This document shows, one piece after another, positions 7,379 to 18,437 of a stretch of DNA of 48,616 nt. The translations under genes were made by a program, and so were the position numbers. The first letter of the stretch is position 1; the number at the start of each line of letters is the position of its first letter. The DNA is from Candidatus Lindowbacteria bacterium RIFCSPLOWO2_12_FULL_62_27 (lineage in GTDB: Bacteria > Lindowbacteria > 2-12-FULL-62-27): assembly GCA_001784175.1 (NCBI GenBank), contig MFPR01000009.1, forward strand, positions 1-48,616, in the 5' to 3' direction. Below the pieces are notes generated by a model that did no database searches, was not told where the DNA came from, and saw only the letters and a program-made list of their open reading frames with translations.

Positions 7379-8335
7379 ATGGAAACGAAACTCACGGTCA
7401 TCCGCGAGACGGCGATGGAGCAGGCGCCCATCGAGAAATTGCGCGAGTGTCTCACCAACGGCGACATCGTGTGGCTGGATGTGCTCGGCAAAGACCAGAT
7501 TGAGTTTTCCACTCTGGCTGAGCCCTTCGGATTTCACCCGCTGTCGCTCGAAGACGCCATGGAGGCGGTGCTGCGGCCGAAGGTCGAGACGTTTCTGAAC
7601 TACGTGTTCGTGGCGGTCCGCGCCATCAATCATGAAGCGGGGGCCCGGCCCCATGACACCATCGGGCTCAAACTATTTCTCGGCGAACGGTTCCTCGTCT
7701 CCGTCCATCGCCGGCCGCTCGCCAGCATTTCGACCGTCCACGAAAAACTCCCGCACCTCCTGCGCCGCAGCAACCACCCGTCCATCGTCCTGGCCGGTCT
7801 CTGCTCGGACGTCATCGACTACTTCGACCCGGTGGTCCGGGAACTCGAGGACCGGATCGAGGACCTCGAGGAGGCGTCCTTTCAGAATCCGAGCGTATCC
7901 GCCGGCGAAAAATTGCTGGCCGCCCAGCGCGAGGTGCTCCTTCTTCGCCGGGCCGCCGTGCCCGTCCGGGATCTTCTCCATACCATTCTGGAACGCGCCG
8001 ACCCCCTGATCACGGCGGAGGCCCGCGTGCACCTGCGCGACGCCCTCGACGAGATCACGCGCATCACCGACTGGCTGAACGTCCTGCGCGAGCTGTCGAC
8101 CGGCGCCCTCACCATGTACCAGGCGGCGCTCGACAATCAGACCAACGCGATCATGAAATTTCTCTCTATCGCGGCCACCCTGGCCCTGCCGATGAACGTC
8201 ATCGTCGGATTCTACGGCATGAACGTCGCCCTGCCCGCGCAACAAAAAGCCTGGGCGGTCTTCATGGTCGTCGGTGTCATGCTGAGCGTGCTGGTCATTC
8301 TCCTTACGGTGTTCAAACGCAAGCGCTGGATCTGA
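7379..8335 (+). CDS. corA: CorA-family Mg2+/Co2+ transporter
   Basis: FHPLSLED, RPKVE, C-terminal TM pair with the GFYGMNV signature and FKRKRWI end. Start inferred at ATG 7379. Confidence 0.92.
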   Translation: METKLTVIRETAMEQAPIEKLRECLTNGDIVWLDVLGKDQIEFSTLAEPFGFHPLSLEDAMEAVLRPKVETFLNYVFVAVRAINHEAGARPHDTIGLKLFLGERFLVSVHRRPLASISTVHEKLPHLLRRSNHPSIVLAGLCSDVIDYFDPVVRELEDRIEDLEEASFQNPSVSAGEKLLAAQREVLLLRRAAVPVRDLLHTILERADPLITAEARVHLRDALDEITRITDWLNVLRELSTGALTMYQAALDNQTNAIMKFLSIAATLALPMNVIVGFYGMNVALPAQQKAWAVFMVVGVMLSVLVILLTVFKRKRWI

Positions 8336-8350
8336 GCTGTCAGGAATTTT

Positions 8351-10156
8351 TCACACGCGGCCCAGCAGGCGCAGAAGACCGAGAGACAGAATCGGCACGT
8401 ACGTAATCAGCAGCACGCCGGCGCCGCGGATGATCAGAAAGACCCAGACGTGGCGGTAGAGGCTGGTCAGGGGGCGGTTGAATCGCGAGGAGGCCAGCAG
8501 AAGATTCAGGCCGACGGGCGGGAAAATAAAGCCGAGCTCCAAATTCGCGAGAAAAATGATTCCGAGATGAACCGGATCGATGCCGTAGGCCGCGCCGAGG
8601 GGCGCCAGAAGCGGCGTCAGGATCACGATACCGGAATATATTTCGAGGACACTGCCGAGAATCAAGAGAAGCGCATTGAGGACCAGCAGAAACACCAGCG
8701 GCGACGCGATCCGCGTCTGAACTTCCGCCAACAGCCGGTCCGGAATCTGCGCGTCCACCAGCCAGCTCGTCAAGCCCATGGCGGTGGACAGCAGAATCAG
8801 GACGGCGCCGACGAGCGCGCCTGATTTGAGAAGGACGGCGGGCAGGTCGCGGACAAAATGGATGTCGCGAAGGACAAAACACTCGATCAGGATCGAATAG
8901 GCGCAGGCGGCCGCGGCGGCTTCCACCATGGAGGCCTGCCCGCTCACAAAAAGAACGATCACCAGGGCCGGAACCGACAATTCCCACTTGGCCTCCCAAA
9001 ACGCCGCCCGCGCCTCTTTCGCCGAAAACGCCGCCCGACCGCTTTGCGCGCGCCTCCCCACCCACGAGCTGTAGACCGCGACGATCAGCACGAGCATTAA
9101 TCCGGGAACCAATCCCGCCAGATACAACAGGTCCGCCGGAACGCCCGCGACCACGCTGTAGAGAATCACGGGAAGACTCGGCGGAAACAGCAGGCCCAGA
9201 CTTCCGGCAGCGACGACGAGCCCGATCGAAAAACCCTCCGGATACTTGTCCCGAAGAAGAATCGGATAGACGAGGCCGCCGAGGGCGATGATGGTCACGC
9301 CCGATCCGCCCGTGAACGTCGTGAAGAGCACGCACACCGACAAGACGAGCAGCGCCACGCCGCCCGGCATCCAGCCGAAGACCGCGCGGAAAAATCGGAC
9401 GAGCCGGTCGGCGGCTTTCGATTCGGCCAGAATATATCCGGCCGCCGTGAGGAGCGGAATGGCGGGCAGGGTGGGCGAAGCGATCAGACGGTAGATTTCG
9501 GCCGGAACCGCGGACACCGGCGTGCCGTCCTTGAAAAACAGAATCAACGCAAGACCGCTCATCGCGACAAACACCGGCGATCCCAGAAGCGTGGCGGCGA
9601 GGACCACGCCCAGGACCGGCATCGACCAGGATCCGGCCGATTCCTGAAGCGCGCCCAGTCCGAAGGCCGCCGCGACGAGCGCCGCCGCCGCCAGTTTCCC
9701 CGCGAGGCGGTCGGACGACTTGAAGACGTATCGAATGGCCATCAGGCCGAGGGCCAGCGGCATCACACATTCGCTGATCCATTCGGGCATTCCGACCGGC
9801 AGGACATTTCCCTGCTCGCGGTCCGCCATGACGACGCCGAAACTCGCGTACCCGAGAATCCCGCAAACCGCGCCCGCGACGGAAAAGGAGATCCAGCGCG
9901 CCGCGCGGCGCAGGCGCCCAACGCCGAGCATCGCGGCCGTCGAAAGCGTCAGGTGCGCGTCGCGGCCGGCCGCCAGCAAGCCTCCGAGAAACGTCAACCA
10001 GAGGGTGAGGTGCTGCAGATAGGAGGCCGATCCGGGGATGTGAAATCCGCCGAAGTGCCGGCCGACGGCGTCGATCAGGGGCAGGACCGTAAAAAGCAAC
10101 AGCGCGGCGACCATCGCGCCTTTTTCGATTTTCTCCGTCAGAAGGTTGAGGTTCAA
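8351..10156 (-). CDS. TRAP transporter fused small/large permease (DctQ-DctM)
   Basis: N-terminal 4-TM DctQ-like part; DctM motifs GSLGLLFPPS, GIDPVHLGIIF, PPVGLNL. Confidence 0.92.
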   Translation of the reverse strand: MNLNLLTEKIEKGAMVAALLLFTVLPLIDAVGRHFGGFHIPGSASYLQHLTLWLTFLGGLLAAGRDAHLTLSTAAMLGVGRLRRAARWISFSVAGAVCGILGYASFGVVMADREQGNVLPVGMPEWISECVMPLALGLMAIRYVFKSSDRLAGKLAAAALVAAAFGLGALQESAGSWSMPVLGVVLAATLLGSPVFVAMSGLALILFFKDGTPVSAVPAEIYRLIASPTLPAIPLLTAAGYILAESKAADRLVRFFRAVFGWMPGGVALLVLSVCVLFTTFTGGSGVTIIALGGLVYPILLRDKYPEGFSIGLVVAAGSLGLLFPPSLPVILYSVVAGVPADLLYLAGLVPGLMLVLIVAVYSSWVGRRAQSGRAAFSAKEARAAFWEAKWELSVPALVIVLFVSGQASMVEAAAAACAYSILIECFVLRDIHFVRDLPAVLLKSGALVGAVLILLSTAMGLTSWLVDAQIPDRLLAEVQTRIASPLVFLLVLNALLLILGSVLEIYSGIVILTPLLAPLGAAYGIDPVHLGIIFLANLELGFIFPPVGLNLLLASSRFNRPLTSLYRHVWVFLIIRGAGVLLITYVPILSLGLLRLLGRV

Positions 10157-11181
10157 CGCGCGGGAGGAGCGGAGCCGCCTTTGCGGTATTCGTTCCGGTA
10201 TTTCATGGCTTCATCAAAGGCCCGGGCCGGAGCGATGGAACCCCGAATCTTCGAATAGATCGCCTCCGTCGCCGCGCGCCACGCGGCCACTTCCTCCGGG
10301 TTCAATCGGACGACCGTCAGGCCCCGCTTCGTCATGGCCTCGATCTCCTTCGGTCCGGACTGCCGGATCTCCCGGCGCATTTTGGCGCCGGCTTCCCGCG
10401 CGGCTTCCAGGAGGGCTGGCCGCACCGCCGCCGGGATTTTTTCCCACGCCGGCTTTGAAATCACCACCGCTCCGAGAAGCGCGGTCCATTGGAGGTCCGT
10501 CATGTGTTTGGCGTGCGTGTACCACTGGAAAATCACGGCGGCCTTGAGCGTCGTCGAGAGGGCGTTGACGAGCCCGGTCTTGAGCGCGGTCGAAATTTCC
10601 GTCGACGGCAGAGGCACCGGCTGAAACCCGGCGGCTTTCCAGATCTCGATCGCCTCGTTGTCGCCGGCCCATGCGAAGAGTTTGAGGGGTTTCATATCGT
10701 CGGGTGTGCGGACGGGGGTTTTGGTGAAAAAATGGATCCAGCCGCCGTCGGCCCAGGTCAGGATCACAAAGCCTCTCGACTCATATTCCTTTTTCAAATT
10801 CGGCGACTGGCGTTCGAGAACATAATCCAATTCTTCGTAGGACTCGTACATCATCGGGACCTGGAGGGAATAAATCGACCGGTCGATGTTGGCCATGCCG
10901 ACGCTGGTGAGGAGCGCGGCGTTGAGCGTGCCGAGCCGCATTTTTCGGACGACATCGGCGTCGTCTCCGGCCACCATGCCCGGATAGATCGTGAGGGTCA
11001 CGGACCCTCCGGACGCCGCTTTCCATTTCTCGCCCATTTCCAGCAGGATCAAATGCCAGGCCGATCCCTTGGGCGCCAGCGTCGCCATCTTCACGACCAC
11101 GTTCGCCGCGCCCGACGGACTTGCCGGGGTCAGGATGAAAAGGGCCATCAGCGCCTGATACCCCGCGGCACGCATGCTCAC
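10153..11181 (-). CDS. dctP: TRAP transporter substrate-binding protein (DctP/TatP type)
   Basis: Signal peptide; KMATLAPKGSAW; VVRKMRLGTL; PVRTPDDMK; TALKTGLV. Confidence 0.92.
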   Translation of the reverse strand: MSMRAAGYQALMALFILTPASPSGAANVVVKMATLAPKGSAWHLILLEMGEKWKAASGGSVTLTIYPGMVAGDDADVVRKMRLGTLNAALLTSVGMANIDRSIYSLQVPMMYESYEELDYVLERQSPNLKKEYESRGFVILTWADGGWIHFFTKTPVRTPDDMKPLKLFAWAGDNEAIEIWKAAGFQPVPLPSTEISTALKTGLVNALSTTLKAAVIFQWYTHAKHMTDLQWTALLGAVVISKPAWEKIPAAVRPALLEAAREAGAKMRREIRQSGPKEIEAMTKRGLTVVRLNPEEVAAWRAATEAIYSKIRGSIAPARAFDEAMKYRNEYRKGGSAPPAR

Positions 11182-11190
11182 GATCTGTCT

Positions 11191-12114
11191 CTATTCCACA
11201 AACAATTCGTTCATCCGGCCCAGGAGCCACCGGCCGCGTTTCTGCGCGATCAGGTTCGCCAAGCGATGGTCCGGATTCGCGTTGATGTCGACGGTCAAGG
11301 CCTCTTGAAGAATCCTTTCGAATTCCGACCGGTTCTGCTCGGCCAGGAGAACCGTTTCGGCAAAGGCAATCAACGGCGCCGCGCGCTGACCCCGGCCAAG
11401 CTCCTGCGCGCGGGCGAAGTGATGCCGGGCACGCTGCGCCGAGCCGCCCGCGGCCGCCGGCAGGCCGCCTTCGTACGCGATAAAAAAGTCATGGATGGAT
11501 CCCGCGGAAAATCCCTCGTCCAGCTCCAGGGCCCGGCGCATGATCGCCGCGACCAAGGGCAAGTCCGCCATGGCGTCGGCGTCCGTCGTGGAAAGGGAGA
11601 TCAACGCGCCCCAGGCGTTCCCCGTCCAGAAGAGAAAGGGGACGTCGGCCTTGCGCATCGGCGCCAGCGACGAATCCGCGTTCGTCCGAAGCTTTTCCCC
11701 AAATCCCGGTTGCCGGGATTCAATCCCCCGAAGACCGTACCCCATCGCGCGCCGGTAGAGCGCCCGCGCCCGCGCCCGAAGCTCGGTGGCCCGCGCCAGG
11801 TCCTGAGATTCCACATAGTCCGCCTCACACTGGACGTAGGCAAAGGCATACTGCGTAAACCCGCTCGTGGCCGTCAGCAAGAGGCCGGGATGTTTCGGCG
11901 ATTCGTCGATGAGGGCTTCAATGGTTTTCAGCGCCGCCGGCCCGGCTTCCTTGATCAGCTCGGGATCGTCATCCCGCGAGTAGGTGGTGCCCCCCTTGGA
12001 GATGGCATCGCCCAGCGCGGTCCCGAGATTCTCGATGGCGATTTTCCGCGGGGAGCAGCCCGAAATCAAAGAAACGGCCGTCAGGATCAGGATGCGTCGC
12101 ATGGTCAAATCCAT
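11191..12114 (-). CDS. TRAP transporter T-component (TatT) lipoprotein
   Basis: Lipobox LISG-C; DDDPELIKEAGP; ALELDEGF; GGS..RA..HF.RA; directly upstream of dctP. Alternative start at 12102. Confidence 0.88.
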   Translation of the reverse strand: MDLTMRRILILTAVSLISGCSPRKIAIENLGTALGDAISKGGTTYSRDDDPELIKEAGPAALKTIEALIDESPKHPGLLLTATSGFTQYAFAYVQCEADYVESQDLARATELRARARALYRRAMGYGLRGIESRQPGFGEKLRTNADSSLAPMRKADVPFLFWTGNAWGALISLSTTDADAMADLPLVAAIMRRALELDEGFSAGSIHDFFIAYEGGLPAAAGGSAQRARHHFARAQELGRGQRAAPLIAFAETVLLAEQNRSEFERILQEALTVDINANPDHRLANLIAQKRGRWLLGRMNELFVE

Positions 12115-13602
<1,488 letters not shown>

Positions 13603-13633
13603 ACATGAACAAATTAGGATACAGTCCGGCGTT

Positions 13634-14299
13634 ATGCAAGCCTCACAAAAATATTCAGGTCGCACGCTCAGGATATATTTTGTCAGACACGGACAGACGT
13701 CTTTGATACGCGACAACCTTTTCTGCGGCACAAGCAACCCTGAACTCACCCCAGCGGGACAACGGATGGCCGAATCTCTGGCCCGGGTTTACGGGCGCCT
13801 GAAATGGAAGGCCATTTACTCAAGTCCCCAAAGAAGAGCGATCCAGACAGCGCGTCCCATCGCCGAGAAAATCGGCCGAAGGATTCTGATCGAAGCGGGC
13901 CTGCGAGAAATTGATTACGGCCGATGGGAAGGATTGAGCGACGCGCAAGTCCGCCGGCGCTGGAAACGCGATTTTCTCCGGTGGACCGCCGACCCCGGAT
14001 CGAACGCCCCAACCGGCGGCGAAACCGCCCGAGAGGTCGCGGCGCGGGCCGGCAAAGTATGCGACCGGATCCGAAAACGGCACCGGTCCGGCAACGTGAT
14101 GGTCATTTCCCACAAGGCCACCATCCGGATTTTGATCTGCCATTTGCTCGGAATCGAAGTCGGCCGCTACCGCTACCGCCTCAGCGCCCCGCTCGCAGGC
14201 GTCAGCATCGTCAACTTCGCCGCGCACGGACCCATGCTGAAGTCCCTGGGCGACACGGCTCACCTGCCGGGGGAAATTCGGAAACTTTCGGGAGGGTAG
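13634..14299 (+). CDS. Histidine phosphatase family protein
   Basis: VRHGQT; YSSPQRRAIQTA; LREIDYGRWEG; VISH. Confidence 0.92.
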   Translation: MQASQKYSGRTLRIYFVRHGQTSLIRDNLFCGTSNPELTPAGQRMAESLARVYGRLKWKAIYSSPQRRAIQTARPIAEKIGRRILIEAGLREIDYGRWEGLSDAQVRRRWKRDFLRWTADPGSNAPTGGETAREVAARAGKVCDRIRKRHRSGNVMVISHKATIRILICHLLGIEVGRYRYRLSAPLAGVSIVNFAAHGPMLKSLGDTAHLPGEIRKLSGG

Positions 14300-14302
14300 T
14301 CG

Positions 14303-14626
14303 TTAAAGCGGCATGCGCCGCATCGTGACGGCCCGGATGTACTCCCGCAGCTGCTTCTTCGCGGTGTCCGTAAGCCGGACGAACTGCAGGCCCATGATGG
14401 TGGCGTCCCGCCATCGGACGATGCCGGCGACATTGATCAGTTTGCCGTCCAGCCGGAATTTCGCGCGGACATTCGCCATTTCCTCCACCTGCGTCAGGTT
14501 CTCGTGCGCAAAGGCGCAGCCTGTCGTGCTGATGTTGACGATGTATCCGACGTATATCTTTTTCTTGTAATGAACCTCCGTGCGGAAAAACGCGATCGCC
14601 CGGGTGTCCCGCCGACGCTCTTTCAT
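14303..14626 (-). CDS. Stand-alone PilZ-domain (c-di-GMP-binding) protein
   Basis: RxxxR (RRDTR) and NxSxxG (NISTTG); GIVRW...MGLQF. Confidence 0.87.
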   Translation of the reverse strand: MKERRRDTRAIAFFRTEVHYKKKIYVGYIVNISTTGCAFAHENLTQVEEMANVRAKFRLDGKLINVAGIVRWRDATIMGLQFVRLTDTAKKQLREYIRAVTMRRMPL

Positions 14627-14684
14627 CTCGGTTCCCCTTTCTCTCTCAAGTTGGCCGTCACACTAGCGTAAAAAGGATTCAAGG

Positions 14685-15194
14685 TCAATTGCCAAACATC
14701 CGCTCGAGGGTCCACGGTTCGTACCCCCGGACGGACCAGACCGCCGGGTCGGCCCCGCGGCGCATGAACGTGAAATCGCCGTCCTCCGAACGCTTGCCCA
14801 CCCAGAACTTTTGTGTCTCCGCCCCCTCGAGGACGACGCTGAGCGCCGCCGTTTCCTCCAGATCAAACAGCGCGTACTTCGACGGGGAATCGGTGACGAC
14901 GTCGACCCCGCGAAGTCCCTTGAACGCGCCGAGCGCGCGATCGAGTTCTCCGGTGTCGATGGGCGCCGATCCCGTGTCCCAGACCTTTTTCCATAGCCCC
15001 GCCTCCCGCGCAAATCGCGCGACCGTCGGCGGCGGGCCGCCGGGCCGCCGAAACTCGATTCGCTCGATGGCGCTCTTCTCGAATGATATCCATACAGGAA
15101 GCTCGGGCGCCTTCACGGGGCGGTTGCTCAGAAAGTAGACCGCAAGCAGCCCGGCCACCACCGCTGTCCAGATGGAAAGAGATCTTGGACTCAT
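14685..15194 (-). CDS. DUF4340-like membrane-anchored protein of a Gld-type ABC operon
   Basis: N-terminal TM; ATGA overlap with the GldG-like stop; position typical of gldAFG-like operons. Confidence 0.72.
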   Translation of the reverse strand: MSPRSLSIWTAVVAGLLAVYFLSNRPVKAPELPVWISFEKSAIERIEFRRPGGPPPTVARFAREAGLWKKVWDTGSAPIDTGELDRALGAFKGLRGVDVVTDSPSKYALFDLEETAALSVVLEGAETQKFWVGKRSEDGDFTFMRRGADPAVWSVRGYEPWTLERMFGN

Positions 15195-16774
15195 GACAGA
15201 CCCGCCTCCCAGCGGCGCCTCCGGATTCGGCGCACCTGCCAACGCACGCCGCCGATCAGCGTCACCAGAAGCGGCATGAGAAACAGATTCGATGCCTTGA
15301 TGAGATTTCGCTTCTGGTCGCTCACCTTCTCCAGCGGACGGAACGTCTGGCCTTTCGAACGAATCGCGATCAGATCCTCGCTGGCCGCCAGCCAGTCCAC
15401 CAGGTTCGCGGCAAACGCCAGGTTCGAGCCGCCACTGCCGCGGCTTTCATCCAAGAAGCCCGCGTTCGTGAACACCACCAGCCGGATTGGGCCCTCCGTC
15501 GGGGCGGGCCGCACGGCGCGCACCGACACCCCAAGCGCCGGCGTGTCCGCAAACGCGCTCCGCCGCCGGCCCTGGATCGCCATCCCGACCGCGAACGGGC
15601 CGTGCTCGGCGCCCTCGATGTCAATGCGCATCGTCGGGTTCACGATGAAAGGCCGCGCGATCCGGTAGCTTTCCTCCGTGCTGCTCGCCAGGACCGTCAC
15701 GCCGGTCGTGTCGCGGACGTCCAGCGCGGCGACAAAGGGCAGCGCGATTTCCTGGAGCGTCCGCGTGACGGGATGGTCCTTTGAGAGATTCGTGATGCGC
15801 GGGATGAAGGGAAAATTGACGATGGTTTGAAACGAAAAGAATCCCTGCTGGGTCTGAATCTGCACCGGCACGTTCTGCGCGTCGGCCACCATTCCTTCAC
15901 GGATCTGAACGCCGTACCCCTCCAGCAGCCGGTCCAGGCGCGTCTCCACCTTCCGCGCGAAAAAATTGCCCATCTGAACGTCGTAGAGGTCGAGGAGCAA
16001 TGCGGTCGGAACGCCGTTCAGGATCGCCTCGTCGACCGCCCGAAGTCCCGTGTCGCTGAACGGCGACTTGGGACCGGCCACCATCAGGGCCGACAGGCCC
16101 GCGTACTCGGAAGATCCGTCCCGCCAGCCGTGGGTGTTCAGGTGATTGATCCGGCGCAGCTCGAAATTCTGCGAGAGGTACTGTTCGAGCGGTTCCGGTG
16201 GAGACTGCTCGCTGTTTCCGGTCGTCCATCCGACCACCGGGCGGATTTTCCGCGTGAGCTTGATGATCCGGCCGGCCAGCTCGTATTCGAGGTTCGACAC
16301 CTGCGTGAGGGCCGGGATCACCTCTTTTTTGTCCTCATAATACATCGCGAGACCCATCATCCCTTCCTGGACCTCGAACTTGTCCTTTCGCACGGCCGTG
16401 AACCTCAGGTTCGCGATCCCCGCGCGCTCGGCCTCCTGCCGGCTCTCCGGCGTTTTCATGTCCGCGAACTCGACCTTCAGCCGGCCGCCGCCGGCCGTTT
16501 TCATTTCCTGCAGGAGTTCCTGGAGGTACCGGCGCTGATGCAGATATTCCGGCGGGAGATTTTCCTCGAAAAAAATCCGGATGCGAAGCGGATCGGGCAG
16601 GCTCCGCAGGATCTTGTGCGTCGCGTCGGACAGCGAATAAATGCTGTATTCGGTGCAGTCGATCCGGAAAAAGTATCGGAACGAAACGAGATTGAGCAGC
16701 ACGCAGACGGCGGCGATCACGGCGCACCCGCCGGTCGAGTACAGGCCGAGTGTCCTCTTCGATCCTAGCGCCAT
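15191..16774 (-). CDS. GldG-family ABC transporter auxiliary protein
   Basis: RIDCTEYSIYSLSDAT; LEYEL; MVAGPKSPFS; N...NLVDWL...DLIAIRSK; N- and C-terminal TMs. Confidence 0.88.
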   Translation of the reverse strand: MALGSKRTLGLYSTGGCAVIAAVCVLLNLVSFRYFFRIDCTEYSIYSLSDATHKILRSLPDPLRIRIFFEENLPPEYLHQRRYLQELLQEMKTAGGGRLKVEFADMKTPESRQEAERAGIANLRFTAVRKDKFEVQEGMMGLAMYYEDKKEVIPALTQVSNLEYELAGRIIKLTRKIRPVVGWTTGNSEQSPPEPLEQYLSQNFELRRINHLNTHGWRDGSSEYAGLSALMVAGPKSPFSDTGLRAVDEAILNGVPTALLLDLYDVQMGNFFARKVETRLDRLLEGYGVQIREGMVADAQNVPVQIQTQQGFFSFQTIVNFPFIPRITNLSKDHPVTRTLQEIALPFVAALDVRDTTGVTVLASSTEESYRIARPFIVNPTMRIDIEGAEHGPFAVGMAIQGRRRSAFADTPALGVSVRAVRPAPTEGPIRLVVFTNAGFLDESRGSGGSNLAFAANLVDWLAASEDLIAIRSKGQTFRPLEKVSDQKRNLIKASNLFLMPLLVTLIGGVRWQVRRIRRRRWEAGLS

Positions 16775-17475
16775 CGCCGGCTCCCCAGGCTGTAGGTGGT
16801 CAGGTGGAGAAAAAAGGCGGTCAGCGTCAGAAAGTACACGAGGTCCCGGCTGTCCAGAACGCCCCGCGCGATGTTGTCGAGATGGCTGTCAATCCCGATG
16901 AAGTCGACCCAGCGCGCGGCGGCCTCGGGAAGAAACTGCGTGAATTTGCCGGCGAGAAAAAACACCATCATGAAGAGAAACCCGACGATGAACGCCAGAA
17001 TCTCTCGCTTCGTCACGCTCGACGCAAACGCGCCCATCGCCAGATATGACAGCCCCAGCAAAAACACGCCGACATAGGACGCGAACGTCTGCCCGCCGTC
17101 CAGATCGCCGGCGATCGAAAGACTCACCGGAAACACCAGCGTCGCGGCCAGCGCGGACAAAAGCAGAACGGTGGCCGATACGAATTTCCCCAGCACGATC
17201 TCGCCGTCCCGCACCGGCAGGGTCGCCAGAATCTCGAAGGTGCCGCGGCCCAGCTCCTCCGAAAAGAGGCGCATGGTCACGGCGGGGATGAAAAACAAAA
17301 AGAGCAGCGGCGCGACCTGAATGAACGGCGCAATCGTCGCCTCGCCGCGCAAAAACAGGCCCGAAGAAAACAGCCAGCCGGCCACCAGGAGAAACACGCT
17401 GAGAAACACGTAGGCGACCGGGGAATTGAAATAGGTCTGGATTTCCTTGCGCGCAATGACCCAGACGTGCCTCAT
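16765..17475 (-). CDS. GldF-like ABC-2 permease
   Basis: ARKEIQTYFNSPVAY; PAVTMRLFSEE...GTFEIL; IVLGKF; RGVLDSRDLVYF. Confidence 0.92.
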   Translation of the reverse strand: MRHVWVIARKEIQTYFNSPVAYVFLSVFLLVAGWLFSSGLFLRGEATIAPFIQVAPLLFLFFIPAVTMRLFSEELGRGTFEILATLPVRDGEIVLGKFVSATVLLLSALAATLVFPVSLSIAGDLDGGQTFASYVGVFLLGLSYLAMGAFASSVTKREILAFIVGFLFMMVFFLAGKFTQFLPEAAARWVDFIGIDSHLDNIARGVLDSRDLVYFLTLTAFFLHLTTYSLGSRRWR

Positions 17476-18398
17476 GACACGCCGCCCGTCAATTTCAGGA
17501 ATATCTCCTCCAAGCTCGGCGCCGTCTGCGAAAGCTCGAGCATCGTCCAGCCTTCCGACACGGCCAGACGGAAAACACGTTCCCGCAGGTCCTCGGCGGC
17601 GTCGACCTCGGCGCGCACGAGGCCGTCTTCGAGACGGGTGCGAACGGCCGACACGCCCGGAACTTCGGTGATCTTCCGCCGGACGGCCGATTCGTCGGCT
17701 TTGACGGTCACCTTCAGCCCGCCCGGCCCGGCATGGCGCCGGCGCAGGTCCTCCATCGTGCCGTCCGCCACGATCCGGCCGGACGAAATGATGATGACGC
17801 GGGAACTCACCGCCTGCACCTCGGACAGAATGTGCGTCGAGAGGATGACCGTCTTTTCCTTTCCCAGCGCCGACACGAGCGCCCGGACCTCCACGACCTG
17901 CGACGGGTCGAGCCCGCTCGTGGGCTCGTCCAGAATCAGCAGGTCCGGATCATGCACGATGGCCTGCGCAATCCCGACCCTCTGCCGGAAACCCTTCGAG
18001 AGCTCCCCGATGTCCTTTCCCAGCACGCGCCCAAGATCGCACGATTCGATGGCGCGCTCCACACCGGCCCGGAGCGACTGGCCGGACAGACCCCTCAGGC
18101 TTCCAATGAAATTCAAATATTCCAAAACGGACATATCCGGATACAGAGGCGTGCTCTCGGGCAGATACCCCACGCGCTTGCGGACCTCGAGACTGCCGGA
18201 CACGACATCGTGCCCGGCCACGGTCGCCGCGCCGGCCGTCGGCGGGAGATATCCGGTCAGCATCCGCATCGTCGTGGTTTTGCCGGCGCCGTTGGGGCCC
18301 AGAAATCCGACGATCTCGCCGCGCTGGATCGAAAACGTCACGCCGTCGACGGCGGGTTCCGCGCCGTATACCTTTGTGAGCGCCGTTGCCTCAATCAT
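17472..18398 (-). CDS. GldA-like ABC ATP-binding protein
   Basis: GPNGAGKTT; LSKGFRQRVG; LILDEPTSGLD; STH. Confidence 0.95.
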   Translation of the reverse strand: MIEATALTKVYGAEPAVDGVTFSIQRGEIVGFLGPNGAGKTTTMRMLTGYLPPTAGAATVAGHDVVSGSLEVRKRVGYLPESTPLYPDMSVLEYLNFIGSLRGLSGQSLRAGVERAIESCDLGRVLGKDIGELSKGFRQRVGIAQAIVHDPDLLILDEPTSGLDPSQVVEVRALVSALGKEKTVILSTHILSEVQAVSSRVIIISSGRIVADGTMEDLRRRHAGPGGLKVTVKADESAVRRKITEVPGVSAVRTRLEDGLVRAEVDAAEDLRERVFRLAVSEGWTMLELSQTAPSLEEIFLKLTGGVS

Positions 18399-18437
18399 GG
18401 TTCCGGAAGTTCCACCGGTTTCTCTGGGGAGAGAGGA